From Smithellaceae bacterium (lineage in GTDB: Bacteria; Desulfobacterota; Syntrophia; Syntrophales; Smithellaceae), in assembly GCA_963667845.2 (NCBI GenBank), contig CAXXVL010000002.1, positions 1,440,001 through 1,504,000 on the forward strand: a stretch of DNA of 64,000 nucleotides, read 5' to 3'. The translations under genes and the position numbers were made by a program. Shown piece after piece: positions 19,805-29,555 of this stretch (the first letter of the stretch is position 1; each line of letters starts with the position of its first letter). A model generated the notes under the pieces. That model did no database searches. It was not told where the DNA came from and saw nothing but the letters and a program-made list of their open reading frames with translations.

Positions 19805-20644
19805 CTACGGCAGGATGGCGAACACCCGGGCCGGAAAGCCGGATCCGCCTTTTGGCTTGGGGAAAGTCGCCACCGCCAGGGCGCCTGTTTCGGGCACCTG
19901 GTCCAAATTCGTCAGAAGTTCAATCTGGTAATGGTCTTGCTGCAATATGTAAACTTCCAGGGAGTAGTCGTCCTTCGACGTGGCAATCCCGGGATCCGTG
20001 TCAGTGGTCTCATGACCGGATGCTGTGATTTTGCGATTCTCATAGAGATATTTCAGCACCTCCAGGCTCCAACCGGGATAGTGGGCAGTTCCACCGGCAT
20101 CCTTGTTATACATGGCTTTCATATCGGGCCAGCGTTTGCACCAGTCTGTGCGCATCGCGACAAAAGAGCCTTCCGGGATGGGGCCATGGCGCTTTTCCCA
20201 ATTCTTCACGTCCTCCATGGTGATGGTGTAGTCAGGATTCCCGGCAGCTTTGGCGTGAACATCGATGACGACCAGGGGAAGGATCATTTCCTTCACACTA
20301 ATCTGATCCACGGTGCGGGCGCCTTTCACGAAGTGAGCCGGCGGGTCTACATGCGTTCCCCACTGGCCGACGTGAGTGAAGGACTGTGCATAAAAGCCGC
20401 TCCCCATTGTTCCCCTACCCGGCTCATACCAGTACAGGGTCTCACGCTTTTCATCGGGATAGTTTTTCCAATGAGGCACTCCGGGAGCAAAGGCGTGGGT
20501 GAGATCAACAAATTTCTTTGTCCGGATCACCTGCCACGCATCATTGAGCGTAAGCTCCCCGGAAGCATAACAGCAGGGGGTTGCATCGACGATCATCCCT
20601 GTCAGCATGATCAACAGTCCGGCAATGATGCTTGTGGCTTTCAA
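19805..20644 (-). CDS. Cyclase-family (kynurenine formamidase-like) metal hydrolase with probable signal peptide
   Basis: DLTH, GTHVDPPAHF, GHETTDTD, GFPARVFA; TTG start after GGAGGG. Confidence 0.88.
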   Translation of the reverse strand: MKATSIIAGLLIMLTGMIVDATPCCYASGELTLNDAWQVIRTKKFVDLTHAFAPGVPHWKNYPDEKRETLYWYEPGRGTMGSGFYAQSFTHVGQWGTHVDPPAHFVKGARTVDQISVKEMILPLVVIDVHAKAAGNPDYTITMEDVKNWEKRHGPIPEGSFVAMRTDWCKRWPDMKAMYNKDAGGTAHYPGWSLEVLKYLYENRKITASGHETTDTDPGIATSKDDYSLEVYILQQDHYQIELLTNLDQVPETGALAVATFPKPKGGSGFPARVFAILP

Positions 20645-20832
20645 AATCTTACCCTCCCTGTTGCGACGTGAAGCCGCTGCCCCGGACTGCTGATGAAGAA
20701 ATCGACCGGAGCTAAGCGTTCCGCTCCATTCTTTTGTATTAGCCCGGCACCGGGCATGACCTTGCGGGTCAAAAAGTTCTCCGCTGAAGATTTTCCATTT
20801 CTCGTATCTAGGGTGACCTGGTCTTTTGATAG

Positions 20833-21471
20833 TTACAACCAGCGTACCGATTTTGCCAGCGTCGGATATTCGACGGACGGAGGCTGATACCCGGCTGCCG
20901 GATATCCCAGTGCGCAGCCATCCAGTGCGTATTCTCCGGCGGGAACGCCGAGGAGGCTGCAAAAATCCGGGTCGCCATCCATTTGCGTCGTTGCACTGAT
21001 CAGTTGAAAACCGATCCCCAGCGACGTTGCCTTGAGCCACATATTTGCCAGACAATAGCTGAGCGATTGCGCTGCAATCGGCGGCATTCCCTTTTTTTCT
21101 GCGACAACAACAAAGTACGGCGCGTTGCCCACACCGGGTACACCCTGTTGCCCGACGCGCTTTAGATTCTGCACAAAAGGCACGAGACCTGCCTTCTTCT
21201 CCAGTTCCTCGGCCTGCCTCGCTATCCTGTTTTTCAGAATATCCGCCGCCGCTTCCATCGCTGCCGTCGATCTTTGAATCACGAATACCTTACGAAAATC
21301 AGGACTCCCGGCAACGGCCAGCGCCGCAAAGGGCGCCAGCAGACCCGCCTGGATGATCGCCTCAACATCCTCCCTGCTTGGCGGGGCGGGACTGAATGCT
21401 CTCACGGAGTGCCGCGCTCTGATAATGACGTCAAGAGTTGCACTGTGTTCGGTTGTGATGTTTTCAAACAT
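20833..21471 (-). CDS. Nitroreductase-family protein
   Basis: IIRARHSVRAF, AGLLAP, NMWLKATSLGIG, LGYP. Confidence 0.88.
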   Translation of the reverse strand: MFENITTEHSATLDVIIRARHSVRAFSPAPPSREDVEAIIQAGLLAPFAALAVAGSPDFRKVFVIQRSTAAMEAAADILKNRIARQAEELEKKAGLVPFVQNLKRVGQQGVPGVGNAPYFVVVAEKKGMPPIAAQSLSYCLANMWLKATSLGIGFQLISATTQMDGDPDFCSLLGVPAGEYALDGCALGYPAAGYQPPSVEYPTLAKSVRWL

Positions 21472-21605
21472 GCTGCTTTCCTCTCGTTTGTTGTCTTTCC
21501 CTTATGTCTGGTGAAAGCTCAGCCTGAGCGTTTCACAGGGCTGTGTTCGGTCCGTCGGTCGGTCGCGCAATTATTCGATAGAACCTTCTCCAATGATTCT
21601 CTATT

Positions 21606-22661
21606 TCAGTCCTTTATTTGTTTTTTTACCGATTTGATGAAACGTCCGAAAGCTTTGTCCTTTTTTCGTTTGTCCAGGTATGACATCTCGTAATACTCTG
21701 ATTCCTTCTTGAGCTTGATATAGCTGGAATAGCGGTCTTCAGACAGCTCACCATTTTCGGCTGCGGCCCGGACGGCACAGCCGGGCTCGTGTTCATGGCT
21801 GCAATTCGCATATCGGCATTTTGCCGAAAGTGCGACAAATTCTTCAAACCCGATGTTGACCCCCTCGCCGGCGCCGACAATACCCAGCTCGCGCATACCG
21901 GGCGTATCAATCAACATCGCGCCTTGGCTAAGAACAATGAGGTGACGGCGGGAAGTCGTATGAGTGCCTTCTCCCGTACCACTGACGGTTTTTGTGTTAA
22001 AGGCTTCCCGACCCATGAGGCGGTTGATGAGAGTCGTCTTCCCGACACCCGATGAACCAAGCAGGCAATACGTCTTTCCCATGGATAACGTTTGTCTGAA
22101 CTCATCAAACCCGATGCCGGTGATATTGCTAAGGGCGATCACTTTTGCTTTGGTGACAGATCTGATGACTGCAATCTTCTGATCCAATTCATCAGGGGAG
22201 ATCAAATCAGTTTTTGTGAGTATGACAATTGGTTCAACATGTCCGTCAGCTGCCATTACGAGGTAGCGATCCAACCGATGTGGATTAAAATCAAAGTGGC
22301 ACGATTGAACAATATAAGCGATATCTATGTTGGCGGCAATCATCTGGTAGTCGATCTTTTCGCCGGCGGTTTTGCGCCGCAAGAACGTCTTTCGCGGAAA
22401 CACCCGGTGGATGACAGCTGCCGTGTCATTATCGTAGTATTGTGCCGTCACCCAGTCTCCGACACAGGGAAGATTAACGGGACTTTCAATTTGATAAGAA
22501 AGCTTCCCTGTTAGTTCAGCCGGAATTTCTCTAGATTCGTCCCTGATAAGATACGAGCCGCGGTCAACTGCAGATATGCGCACAAAGCTGCAACCCTCCT
22601 GGCAGAACTCAGGGGAATGAACTTCAAACCATTGGTCAAATCCCAGATCTCTCAATTTCAT
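21606..22661 (-). CDS. rsgA: Ribosome small subunit-dependent GTPase A (possibly a paralog)
   Basis: VGDWV, AANID, TKTD, GSSGVGKTT, DTPGMRE, Zn finger CRYANCSHEHEPGC. Confidence 0.93.
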   Translation of the reverse strand: MKLRDLGFDQWFEVHSPEFCQEGCSFVRISAVDRGSYLIRDESREIPAELTGKLSYQIESPVNLPCVGDWVTAQYYDNDTAAVIHRVFPRKTFLRRKTAGEKIDYQMIAANIDIAYIVQSCHFDFNPHRLDRYLVMAADGHVEPIVILTKTDLISPDELDQKIAVIRSVTKAKVIALSNITGIGFDEFRQTLSMGKTYCLLGSSGVGKTTLINRLMGREAFNTKTVSGTGEGTHTTSRRHLIVLSQGAMLIDTPGMRELGIVGAGEGVNIGFEEFVALSAKCRYANCSHEHEPGCAVRAAAENGELSEDRYSSYIKLKKESEYYEMSYLDKRKKDKAFGRFIKSVKKQIKD

Positions 22662-22672
22662 ATAGTAGTATC

Positions 22673-22737
22673 ACTGAACGACAAGCTCAGCTGGAGCGGC
22701 CCAGCGGGCCGCGATCGGCAGGAGCGACGGGTTATGC
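22673..22737 (-). mobile_element. Integron attC site
   Basis: Minus strand GCATAAC-CCGTC-GCTCCTGC-CGATC GCGGCCC GCT GGGCCGC TCCA-GCTGAGC-TTGTC-GTTCAGT: R'', L'' with an extra base, central hairpin, L', R'. Confidence 0.82.
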
Positions 22738-22786
22738 TTATTTAATTTCCATCTCTTTCTTCACTCACACTTCCCCTGTTCCATAA

Positions 22787-23287
22787 TTATTCAATTTTCA
22801 TTTTTAGCCATTTTAAAATACCAAACTTCTCAAGATATTCTGATTTGCCATATTCTTCGAAACCATATTTAATCCAGTGATGTATTTTCTTTTCTACAGA
22901 CATTGCGCAAACATACTCAGCGCCATGTTTCAATCCTGTATTTAGCTGTGCCTTAAAAAGTAAATCGCCGATTCCACGATTCTGAAACTCCGACAATACT
23001 TGAATAAGATGAATATAATAATATTTGCCATTCAAATTGAATAAATCGTGCGCTCCTCTGTTTGTGTTTAAGGAAGAAATTGGTTTCATAGATTCAATCG
23101 GAAACCCCTCAGAACTGCCAACTATTTTAGAATTTAATTCTGCAAGGAAATAACCGTTAAGAAATAATCTCATGGTATTCTGATAAAATTTCTCACAATC
23201 ATTATAACTTGTATTCCAAAAGCTACAGTTCAATTTTGCAAAATTTACACTATTCGTTAATTCAGCTCTTTTGATTACGGTATCCAT
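22787..23287 (-). CDS. GNAT-family N-acetyltransferase (gene cassette ORF)
   Basis: V..EFQNRGIG acetyl-CoA motif and W.KYGF; strongly AT-rich compared with its flanks. Confidence 0.85.
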   Translation of the reverse strand: MDTVIKRAELTNSVNFAKLNCSFWNTSYNDCEKFYQNTMRLFLNGYFLAELNSKIVGSSEGFPIESMKPISSLNTNRGAHDLFNLNGKYYYIHLIQVLSEFQNRGIGDLLFKAQLNTGLKHGAEYVCAMSVEKKIHHWIKYGFEEYGKSEYLEKFGILKWLKMKIE

Positions 23288-23431
23288 ATTTTATAGGCAT
23301 AACAATTAATATACGTGGCAAGCTTTTTCCGAAATTTGTCGCAATTCTACTCTTTTTGCGGCAAAACGCAAATTGAAGAATCGTCATAGAAATAGACGCT
23401 TCACTCTTCACGGGCAACCGTTTAAGCTAAG

Positions 23432-24823
23432 TTACGATTCTTTTTTATTCAGGAAAATCTGCTCGACGCGGCGGAAGTCTATTTTGCCGGTGGTCGTGCG
23501 GACAATGGAGGGGACGATTTTAATACGACGGGGCATGGCATAGGGTTCAAGCTTTTCGAGGATCATCTTTTTGAGCTGGATTTCGGTGAGTTCGCAGGCG
23601 ACCAGAGCGGCAATCACGCTTTCGCGGCCTTTTTCGGCGGGAAGCGCGATGACCACGGCGTCGCGCACGGTGGGCAGCGTCTGGATCTTGTTCTGAACGT
23701 CCAGGAGATCGACGCGCTTTCCGGCGACCTTCACAATGCCGTCGGCGCGCCCGAGCAGCAGAAAGCGTCCGTTTTTATCCGGCTGAACTTCGTCGCCGGT
23801 CACGCAATAGCCGTCGGCGTCCGTCTCCATCTCGCGGGAGACGAAATCCGAGCGTACGGCCAGCCGTTTACCGGAGAGCCTCCAGGAGACTACATCGGCG
23901 GGCTTCCAGCTTTCCGTATTTTCGCTGATACTGCGCGAGGCGATGCCGCCCGTTTCCGTCGAACCGTAAATTTCATTGATGCCCAGTCCGGTTTTTTTCA
24001 AAAAATGCGTTGCGTCGGAGCGGTTTAAAACGCCCGAAGACGAAAAGGCGATTTTGAGCGACGGTGCCGCAAGATTATCGACTTTCAAAGACCGGTAGTG
24101 GATCGGAACGCTGACCAGCACGGTGGCCTTGTTCCGGTTGACAGTCGAGATAATTTCCTGCGGAAAGGTGTAAATTTCGGGCATGACCCGGGCGTGGGCG
24201 AGAAATGGCGCCAGAACGGAAAAGAGCAGGCCGTAAATGTGATACGGGGGGACGGTGGAGAGGAACAGGTCCTTGTCGGTCAGTTCGAATTTATCGCGCA
24301 GATAAAGCGCTTCGGCCAGAAGGTTGCGCGGCGATTTGGACCAGACCCGGGGTTTGCCGGTCGATCCGCCGGTAAAAAGCCTTAAGAAAGGTTCGTCGGG
24401 GTCGCGCATATTTTCGGGATTCAAGTCGGCGGGGTTTCCCGTAACCGGCGTGATGATCTCGACGCCCGGCATTTCTTCGGGATGATCGGCGATAGCGGTA
24501 TCGAAACCGACCGCTTCGTACATTTCCATCAGGGCGTGCGTCGAAAATGAGTAGGGCAAAATCAGCCGGCAGGCGCCGGAAAGCGAAGCCAGAATGGAGG
24601 CGGCGATCACCGCTTTGTTTTCCGTACAGAGGCAGACGGACTTTCCTCCGCCGCGCCGGGCCAGGGTTTTCTTCAAGCCGGCGGCGAGTTCAAAAATTTC
24701 GCCGTAGGTATGCCCGCAATAGGTGAATTCTTTCTGGCAGAGTGTTTTCGAGGGGACCAGAATCTTCTTATAGGTAGTGATAAAATGGTCTTTTTCTTCT
24801 ATGGCCATATCATTATTATTCAT
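23432..24823 (-). CDS. AMP-dependent acyl/aryl ligase (ApeH/XanA2-like short type)
   Basis: FTGGSTGKPR, TVPPYHIYGLLFSVL, YGSTETGGIA, GRADGIVKVAGKRV; divergent from the PKS operon. Confidence 0.85.
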   Translation of the reverse strand: MNNNDMAIEEKDHFITTYKKILVPSKTLCQKEFTYCGHTYGEIFELAAGLKKTLARRGGGKSVCLCTENKAVIAASILASLSGACRLILPYSFSTHALMEMYEAVGFDTAIADHPEEMPGVEIITPVTGNPADLNPENMRDPDEPFLRLFTGGSTGKPRVWSKSPRNLLAEALYLRDKFELTDKDLFLSTVPPYHIYGLLFSVLAPFLAHARVMPEIYTFPQEIISTVNRNKATVLVSVPIHYRSLKVDNLAAPSLKIAFSSSGVLNRSDATHFLKKTGLGINEIYGSTETGGIASRSISENTESWKPADVVSWRLSGKRLAVRSDFVSREMETDADGYCVTGDEVQPDKNGRFLLLGRADGIVKVAGKRVDLLDVQNKIQTLPTVRDAVVIALPAEKGRESVIAALVACELTEIQLKKMILEKLEPYAMPRRIKIVPSIVRTTTGKIDFRRVEQIFLNKKES

Positions 24824-25199
24824 AAGTTACTTTATGGAATATTTATAAGAAATAATAAAAAAAAGCAATGCAGGTTTTTGCGGTTCAGTTCATAACCCGA
24901 TTTTTCATGGAGTTTGCGGATCAATTGGAATGTTTTTTGTTGACTGTGAGCTGTTTTTTCATTAATTTAATCATTCCAGTTCTGAAAGTGCAATCGGATG
25001 CATGATCTAGCATGATCGACTTGTCAATTCGATGATCCGACCGCCTCGCGGCGGCGGGAGAAAGGCAACATACGAATCTGCACCCTGCAAGACAGGTACG
25101 GATTAGCATGGTGCAGCGAAAGAAACGGTTATCGTCCTTCCCGTATTCAAGGATGAAAGGCACCGATATCCCGGTTCAAGAAAGAGAAGAAAACGGCTT

Positions 25200-25622
25200 A
25201 TGATTGATATCGAATCTTTGATTCCGCACCGTAACCCGATGAAAATCATTACGGAAGTTATAGAATTGGAGGATCATGCCGGGGTCGCTGCCGCCGTGGT
25301 CAATGAACACTGGCCGTTGTGCGACGGCCGGTCCGTCGAGTCGCTTATTCTAATTGAGGCCATTGCCCAGACGGCAGCCATCGTGGAGGGAGCCAAGCGG
25401 CAAAGGCAGGGGAAGAGCGCGACAAAAGGCTGGCTTGTCGGCATCAAGTCGGCCGACTTCAAACAGGATACCGTTCCCGTAGGAACCCGCATCACGGTGG
25501 CCGTCAAAAGTCTTTACGCGATGGAAAGCTATGGCGTGATCGAAGGAATCGTTAAATCCGGCGATGACGTTCTGCTGACGGCCGTTCTTCAGGCCATGCG
25601 CCTGAATCAGGATGTTTCATAA
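25200..25622 (+). CDS. Hotdog-fold 3-hydroxyacyl-ACP dehydratase (ApeP-like)
   Basis: LIPHRNPM, IEAIAQTAA, GWLVGIK. Confidence 0.82.
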   Translation: MIDIESLIPHRNPMKIITEVIELEDHAGVAAAVVNEHWPLCDGRSVESLILIEAIAQTAAIVEGAKRQRQGKSATKGWLVGIKSADFKQDTVPVGTRITVAVKSLYAMESYGVIEGIVKSGDDVLLTAVLQAMRLNQDVS

Positions 25623-25646
25623 ATAAACAAAGGAGGCCGTGAGGAC

Positions 25647-26381
25647 ATGGATGAAAGGAAAATAGCGATTGTAACGGGCGCCAGCCGGGGCATAGGACGC
25701 GCAACTGCCGTGGAGCTGGCCGGAACCGGATACTATATCGTGATTAATTACAATTCCAACGAGGAGGCGGCAAAAGAAACGCTTGCCCAGGTGCAGGCTG
25801 CGGGGTCGGACGGTGAAATACAAAAATTCGACGTGGCTAACGCCGAGGAAGTCAAAGAAGCCGTGGCGAAGATTGCAGCGACGCACAAGCGGATCGACGT
25901 TCTGGTGAATAACGCCGGTGTCACGGCCGACGGTCTTTTTATGATGATGGGCGACGAGGAATGGCTGAAAGTAATCAATACGACGCTCAATGGATTTTTT
26001 AATGTGACGAAACCCGTCCTGCGCGAAATGGTCAGGAAGAAGCGTGGTTCGATTGTGTCGGTTTCGTCCGTTTCGGCCGAGATGCCCAATCGCGGTCAGG
26101 CGAATTACGCCGCCGCCAAGGCCGGTGTCACCGCGGCCACGCGGTCTCTTTCCAAAGAAGTGGCGCGGTTCGGCATCCGGGTGAACGTTGTTGCGCCGGG
26201 CCCGGTAGAAACGGATATGCTGAAAAGCATGCCGATGGACGCGAGTATGATCAAAGCCGCCATTCCGATGGCGCGCGTGGGAAAGCCGGAAGAAATCGCC
26301 CGCGTGATCCGCTTTTTATGTTCGGAGGACGCGTCCTACATTACGGGGCAGGTGATTACTGTCAACGGCGGGATGTTTTGA
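25647..26381 (+). CDS. fabG: 3-oxoacyl-ACP reductase
   Basis: TGASRGIG, NNAG, YAAAK, NVVAPG, VNGG. Confidence 0.92.
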   Translation: MDERKIAIVTGASRGIGRATAVELAGTGYYIVINYNSNEEAAKETLAQVQAAGSDGEIQKFDVANAEEVKEAVAKIAATHKRIDVLVNNAGVTADGLFMMMGDEEWLKVINTTLNGFFNVTKPVLREMVRKKRGSIVSVSSVSAEMPNRGQANYAAAKAGVTAATRSLSKEVARFGIRVNVVAPGPVETDMLKSMPMDASMIKAAIPMARVGKPEEIARVIRFLCSEDASYITGQVITVNGGMF

Positions 26382-26401
26382 AGATGACCGGGTCTCAGAC
26401 G

Positions 26402-27013
26402 ATGAAAAGAACGGCTCTGCTTTTACTGGCTGTGCTGCTGACGTCACCGCTTGCTGTCCGGGCGGATGACTTTGCGGGGCTGCGCAAGGATTCGGCGCGC
26501 ATTTCAACGATTTCCGCTGATTTCGTTCAGAAGAAATTCATGAAAATTTTGTCCAAGCCGCTGGTTTCGGAAGGGAAGTTTTATTTTGCTCAGCCCGACT
26601 CCATGCGCTGGGAGTATAATAAACCCGTCAAAAGCGTCGTCATCTCCAGCAAGGGGGCTGCCAAACGCTATATTGCCTCCGAAGGCAAAATGGTCGAAGA
26701 CAAAACCGGCGGCGCGAGGGCGATGAAAATTGTGCTTGATGAAGTCGCCGGCTGGATGAGCGGCAGGTTTGATTCCAACCCCTCCTTTGCCGCCGCGCTT
26801 AAGGAAGGGCCTCCCACGGTGATCACGCTGACGCCGGTCGAGAAGAGCATGTCCGGCATGATCGAAAAGATTGAGATCACTATTTCACGCAAAGATATGG
26901 CGGTTAAATCCGTGCGGATTATCGAAAGCGCGACCGCCGAAACCCGTATCGATTTCCAGCATGTCGTCATCAATAAAGAAATTAATCCGTCCGTGTTTCG
27001 AGATGTTCAATGA
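26402..27013 (+). CDS. LolA-like periplasmic lipid carrier
   Basis: Signal peptide; ADFVQKK..ILSKPLVSEGKF, RWEY..P. Confidence 0.82.
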   Translation: MKRTALLLLAVLLTSPLAVRADDFAGLRKDSARISTISADFVQKKFMKILSKPLVSEGKFYFAQPDSMRWEYNKPVKSVVISSKGAAKRYIASEGKMVEDKTGGARAMKIVLDEVAGWMSGRFDSNPSFAAALKEGPPTVITLTPVEKSMSGMIEKIEITISRKDMAVKSVRIIESATAETRIDFQHVVINKEINPSVFRDVQ

Positions 27014-27690
27014 GAGGTTTCCTTTTACTGATAAGCGCCTTGCTGCTGGTTTCCTGCGCGGCATTGCCGGCCATCGCTCCGCCCGGGGGCAAGGCGGAAA
27101 AACCAATGGTCTGTCCGTCTCCTTATTGCACGGGGAAATACCGATTCATTCATGCACTGGAAGTGCGCCTGGCCAGTCAGGCGCAAACCGTCATGGTCGG
27201 CGTGACGTTGATTGATCCGGCCGCGCGCACCATTTCCTGTGCGCTCGTGAGCACGGAAGGCCTAGCTTTCTTTGAAGCCTCGCAGGGGCCGGATGGCCTT
27301 GCCGTCAGCCGCGCGCTTCCGCCCTTTGATTCGGGGGATTTTGCCCGGAATATGATGGACGATATTGGGCTGATTTTTCTTGCGCCGCAGGAAGCGCCCG
27401 TTCAGAAGGGCGTCCTGGCGGGAGGCGATGCCGTCTGCCGGTACAAAGGGTCTGCGGGCTGGATCGATGTCGGGACGGGCCGTGACGGGCGCATCCAAAT
27501 CCGGCGTTATTCGCAGCGGGGCGGCCTTGAGCGCAGCGTCACGCTTGCGGGGGGCGCCAATCCCTATTCCACCATAGAACTGCACGCAGCGGGCCTATTC
27601 GAATACGAGCTGATCATGACGTTGATTGAATCCGAGGCCGTGCCGAATGAATCCCTGCCTGAAGATAAGATCAAAGGACCCCACTCATGA
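27010..27690 (+). CDS. Lipoprotein (DUF3261-like)
   Basis: Lipobox LLVSC; position after the LolA-like gene is typical of APE-type loci. Confidence 0.6.
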   Translation: MRGFLLLISALLLVSCAALPAIAPPGGKAEKPMVCPSPYCTGKYRFIHALEVRLASQAQTVMVGVTLIDPAARTISCALVSTEGLAFFEASQGPDGLAVSRALPPFDSGDFARNMMDDIGLIFLAPQEAPVQKGVLAGGDAVCRYKGSAGWIDVGTGRDGRIQIRRYSQRGGLERSVTLAGGANPYSTIELHAAGLFEYELIMTLIESEAVPNESLPEDKIKGPHS

Positions 27691-29162
27691 GAAATCCCGT
27701 CGAAGGTAAGAATATTATCGTTATCGGATCGGGTGTCGGCGGCCTTTCCGCCGGCATTCTGCTTGCGCTTCTTGATTATCACGTCACGGTCGTGGAAAGA
27801 AACCGTGAGCCGGGCGGCCTGATGCGATCTTATACGCGCCGGGGAATCGATTGTCCGGTGGGCGTCCATTATGTCGGCGGGCTGGATCCGTCGGAACCGC
27901 TGGGGAAAATGTTTCGCATCCTGGGTATTCCAGCGGAGAGCCTGTTTTACCGCATGAGCAGCACTAACGTCACAGACCGCTACATCTTCGATGATTTCAT
28001 TTTTGATCTGCCGACGGGCCTTGCCGCCTATGAAAAAAATCTTCGCGAGGCATGTCCGGCAGACGGTGCGGCGCTGGATGTCCTGATGAAGAATCTGCGC
28101 GGGATTGCCGGCCAGATGATGGAGCCGTCGTTTTTCCTCAAGCAGAACGATCCCTTTCAGAATGTGGACTTTTTCCGGCCGATGGGGGAGTTGCTCGACG
28201 AGCTCGCAGCGTCTGCGAGGCTTCGAGCGATACTGGCCGTGCCCTGCCAATTGATCGGCGTTTGGCTTAAGGATTGTCCGGTGATCTTTCATCACATGGT
28301 GGTGGCCGGATATCTGTTTTCATCGTGGCGTCTGAAAGACGCCGGTGCGAAAATGGCGGATCTCTTTGCCGCAAGGTTTACCGGGCTGGGCGGAAAGCTG
28401 ATTCTGAATGCGTCCGTGCAAAAAATTAACCTCGCCAAAGGGAAAGTGACCGGGGTCCATCTCACAACCGGAGAGGATCTTGAGGCAGATGCCGTCGTCG
28501 CGGCAATCCATCCCAAGACGATGCTCGGAATGCTTGAGGAAGGCGCTCTGCGCGCGTCTTTACGGGAGAGAATTCTGGAGCTCGAAGAGACGGATGGCGT
28601 GATTGCCGTGCAGGCCGCAGTCGATGCGGCTCTCCACGCTGAAGTTGAACATAATATTTACCGCCTGCAATACAACGAAAAGGGGACTGTCATAGCCGGT
28701 ATTTTTTATCAGATACGGAAAAGCAACGATCCGGGGACGCATTTGCTGTCCATCATCACCCGTTCATGTTACAGTGAATGGAGCCCCTGGGAAAATACGC
28801 TGTCCGGACGGCGCGGCGGGGCCTATGAGGAAAAGAAAATGGCGATTGCCCGCGATCTGACGAAAAAAGCAGAGGGTATCTTCGGACCCCTGGCGAATGT
28901 GCGGATTTTGGACGTGTTTACGCCTTTGACGCTGCGTGACTACATGAATTGTCCCGGGGGATCCTGTTACGGCGTGTTGCGCTCTGCGAGGCAGCTTTTG
29001 AAGATGGCCTCTTTAAATCATCTGCCGATCGGCGGACTTTGCCTGGCCGGGCAAAATGCAATGGCGCCGGGCGTTCTGGGCAGTATCCTCGGATCATTCA
29101 ACGCCGCGAGGCAAATCGTCGGCGATGAGCGTTTTGCCCGGGAATTTCGTGCACTACTCTAA
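27687..29162 (+). CDS. Phytoene desaturase/retinol saturase-like FAD oxidoreductase
   Basis: IGSGVGG, PGG..SY.R.G, GVHYVG, TPLTLRDY...GSCYG, LAGQN...PGVLG. Confidence 0.88.
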   Translation: MRNPVEGKNIIVIGSGVGGLSAGILLALLDYHVTVVERNREPGGLMRSYTRRGIDCPVGVHYVGGLDPSEPLGKMFRILGIPAESLFYRMSSTNVTDRYIFDDFIFDLPTGLAAYEKNLREACPADGAALDVLMKNLRGIAGQMMEPSFFLKQNDPFQNVDFFRPMGELLDELAASARLRAILAVPCQLIGVWLKDCPVIFHHMVVAGYLFSSWRLKDAGAKMADLFAARFTGLGGKLILNASVQKINLAKGKVTGVHLTTGEDLEADAVVAAIHPKTMLGMLEEGALRASLRERILELEETDGVIAVQAAVDAALHAEVEHNIYRLQYNEKGTVIAGIFYQIRKSNDPGTHLLSIITRSCYSEWSPWENTLSGRRGGAYEEKKMAIARDLTKKAEGIFGPLANVRILDVFTPLTLRDYMNCPGGSCYGVLRSARQLLKMASLNHLPIGGLCLAGQNAMAPGVLGSILGSFNAARQIVGDERFAREFRALL

Positions 29163-29279
29163 TGCTGGACGGCGGCGCTGATTTATGTTAATTTTCGCGG
29201 CGCTTTTCGTCCGCGCCGGAAAAAGCGGTCGAGTCCTTTTGGGACTCAAGAAAACAACTAAAGGAGCTATTCCAAGTCA

Positions 29280-29552
29280 ATGATACGTCAGGATATTGAA
29301 AACGAAGTCCGCAGCATATTCTTGAGGGAGTTTGAGATTGAGAATCCTGAACTCGATGTCAATCTGCGGGAAGCCTACGGATTTGACAGTATCGACGCCA
29401 TTGAACTGCTTTTGCAGATCGAAAAGTTCCTGGGCTCGGAATTGACGCAGGATGAAAAAAAGAAGGCCATGGACATCCGGACGATGAACCAGATTATCGA
29501 CTATATCGAAATGCTGGCCAAAAAACGCGGGATTGTGCTGGAGACAAAATAA
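29280..29552 (+). CDS. Acyl carrier protein 1
   Basis: GFDSIDAIEL phosphopantetheine site; acidic, 90 aa. Confidence 0.9.
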   Translation: MIRQDIENEVRSIFLREFEIENPELDVNLREAYGFDSIDAIELLLQIEKFLGSELTQDEKKKAMDIRTMNQIIDYIEMLAKKRGIVLETK

Positions 29553-29555
29553 ATC

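Noticed and set aside
20645..21055. N-terminal extension of the 416-aa cyclase ORF
   Set aside because: It overlaps the nitroreductase in another frame; a TTG with RBS and signal peptide at 20644 is a better start.
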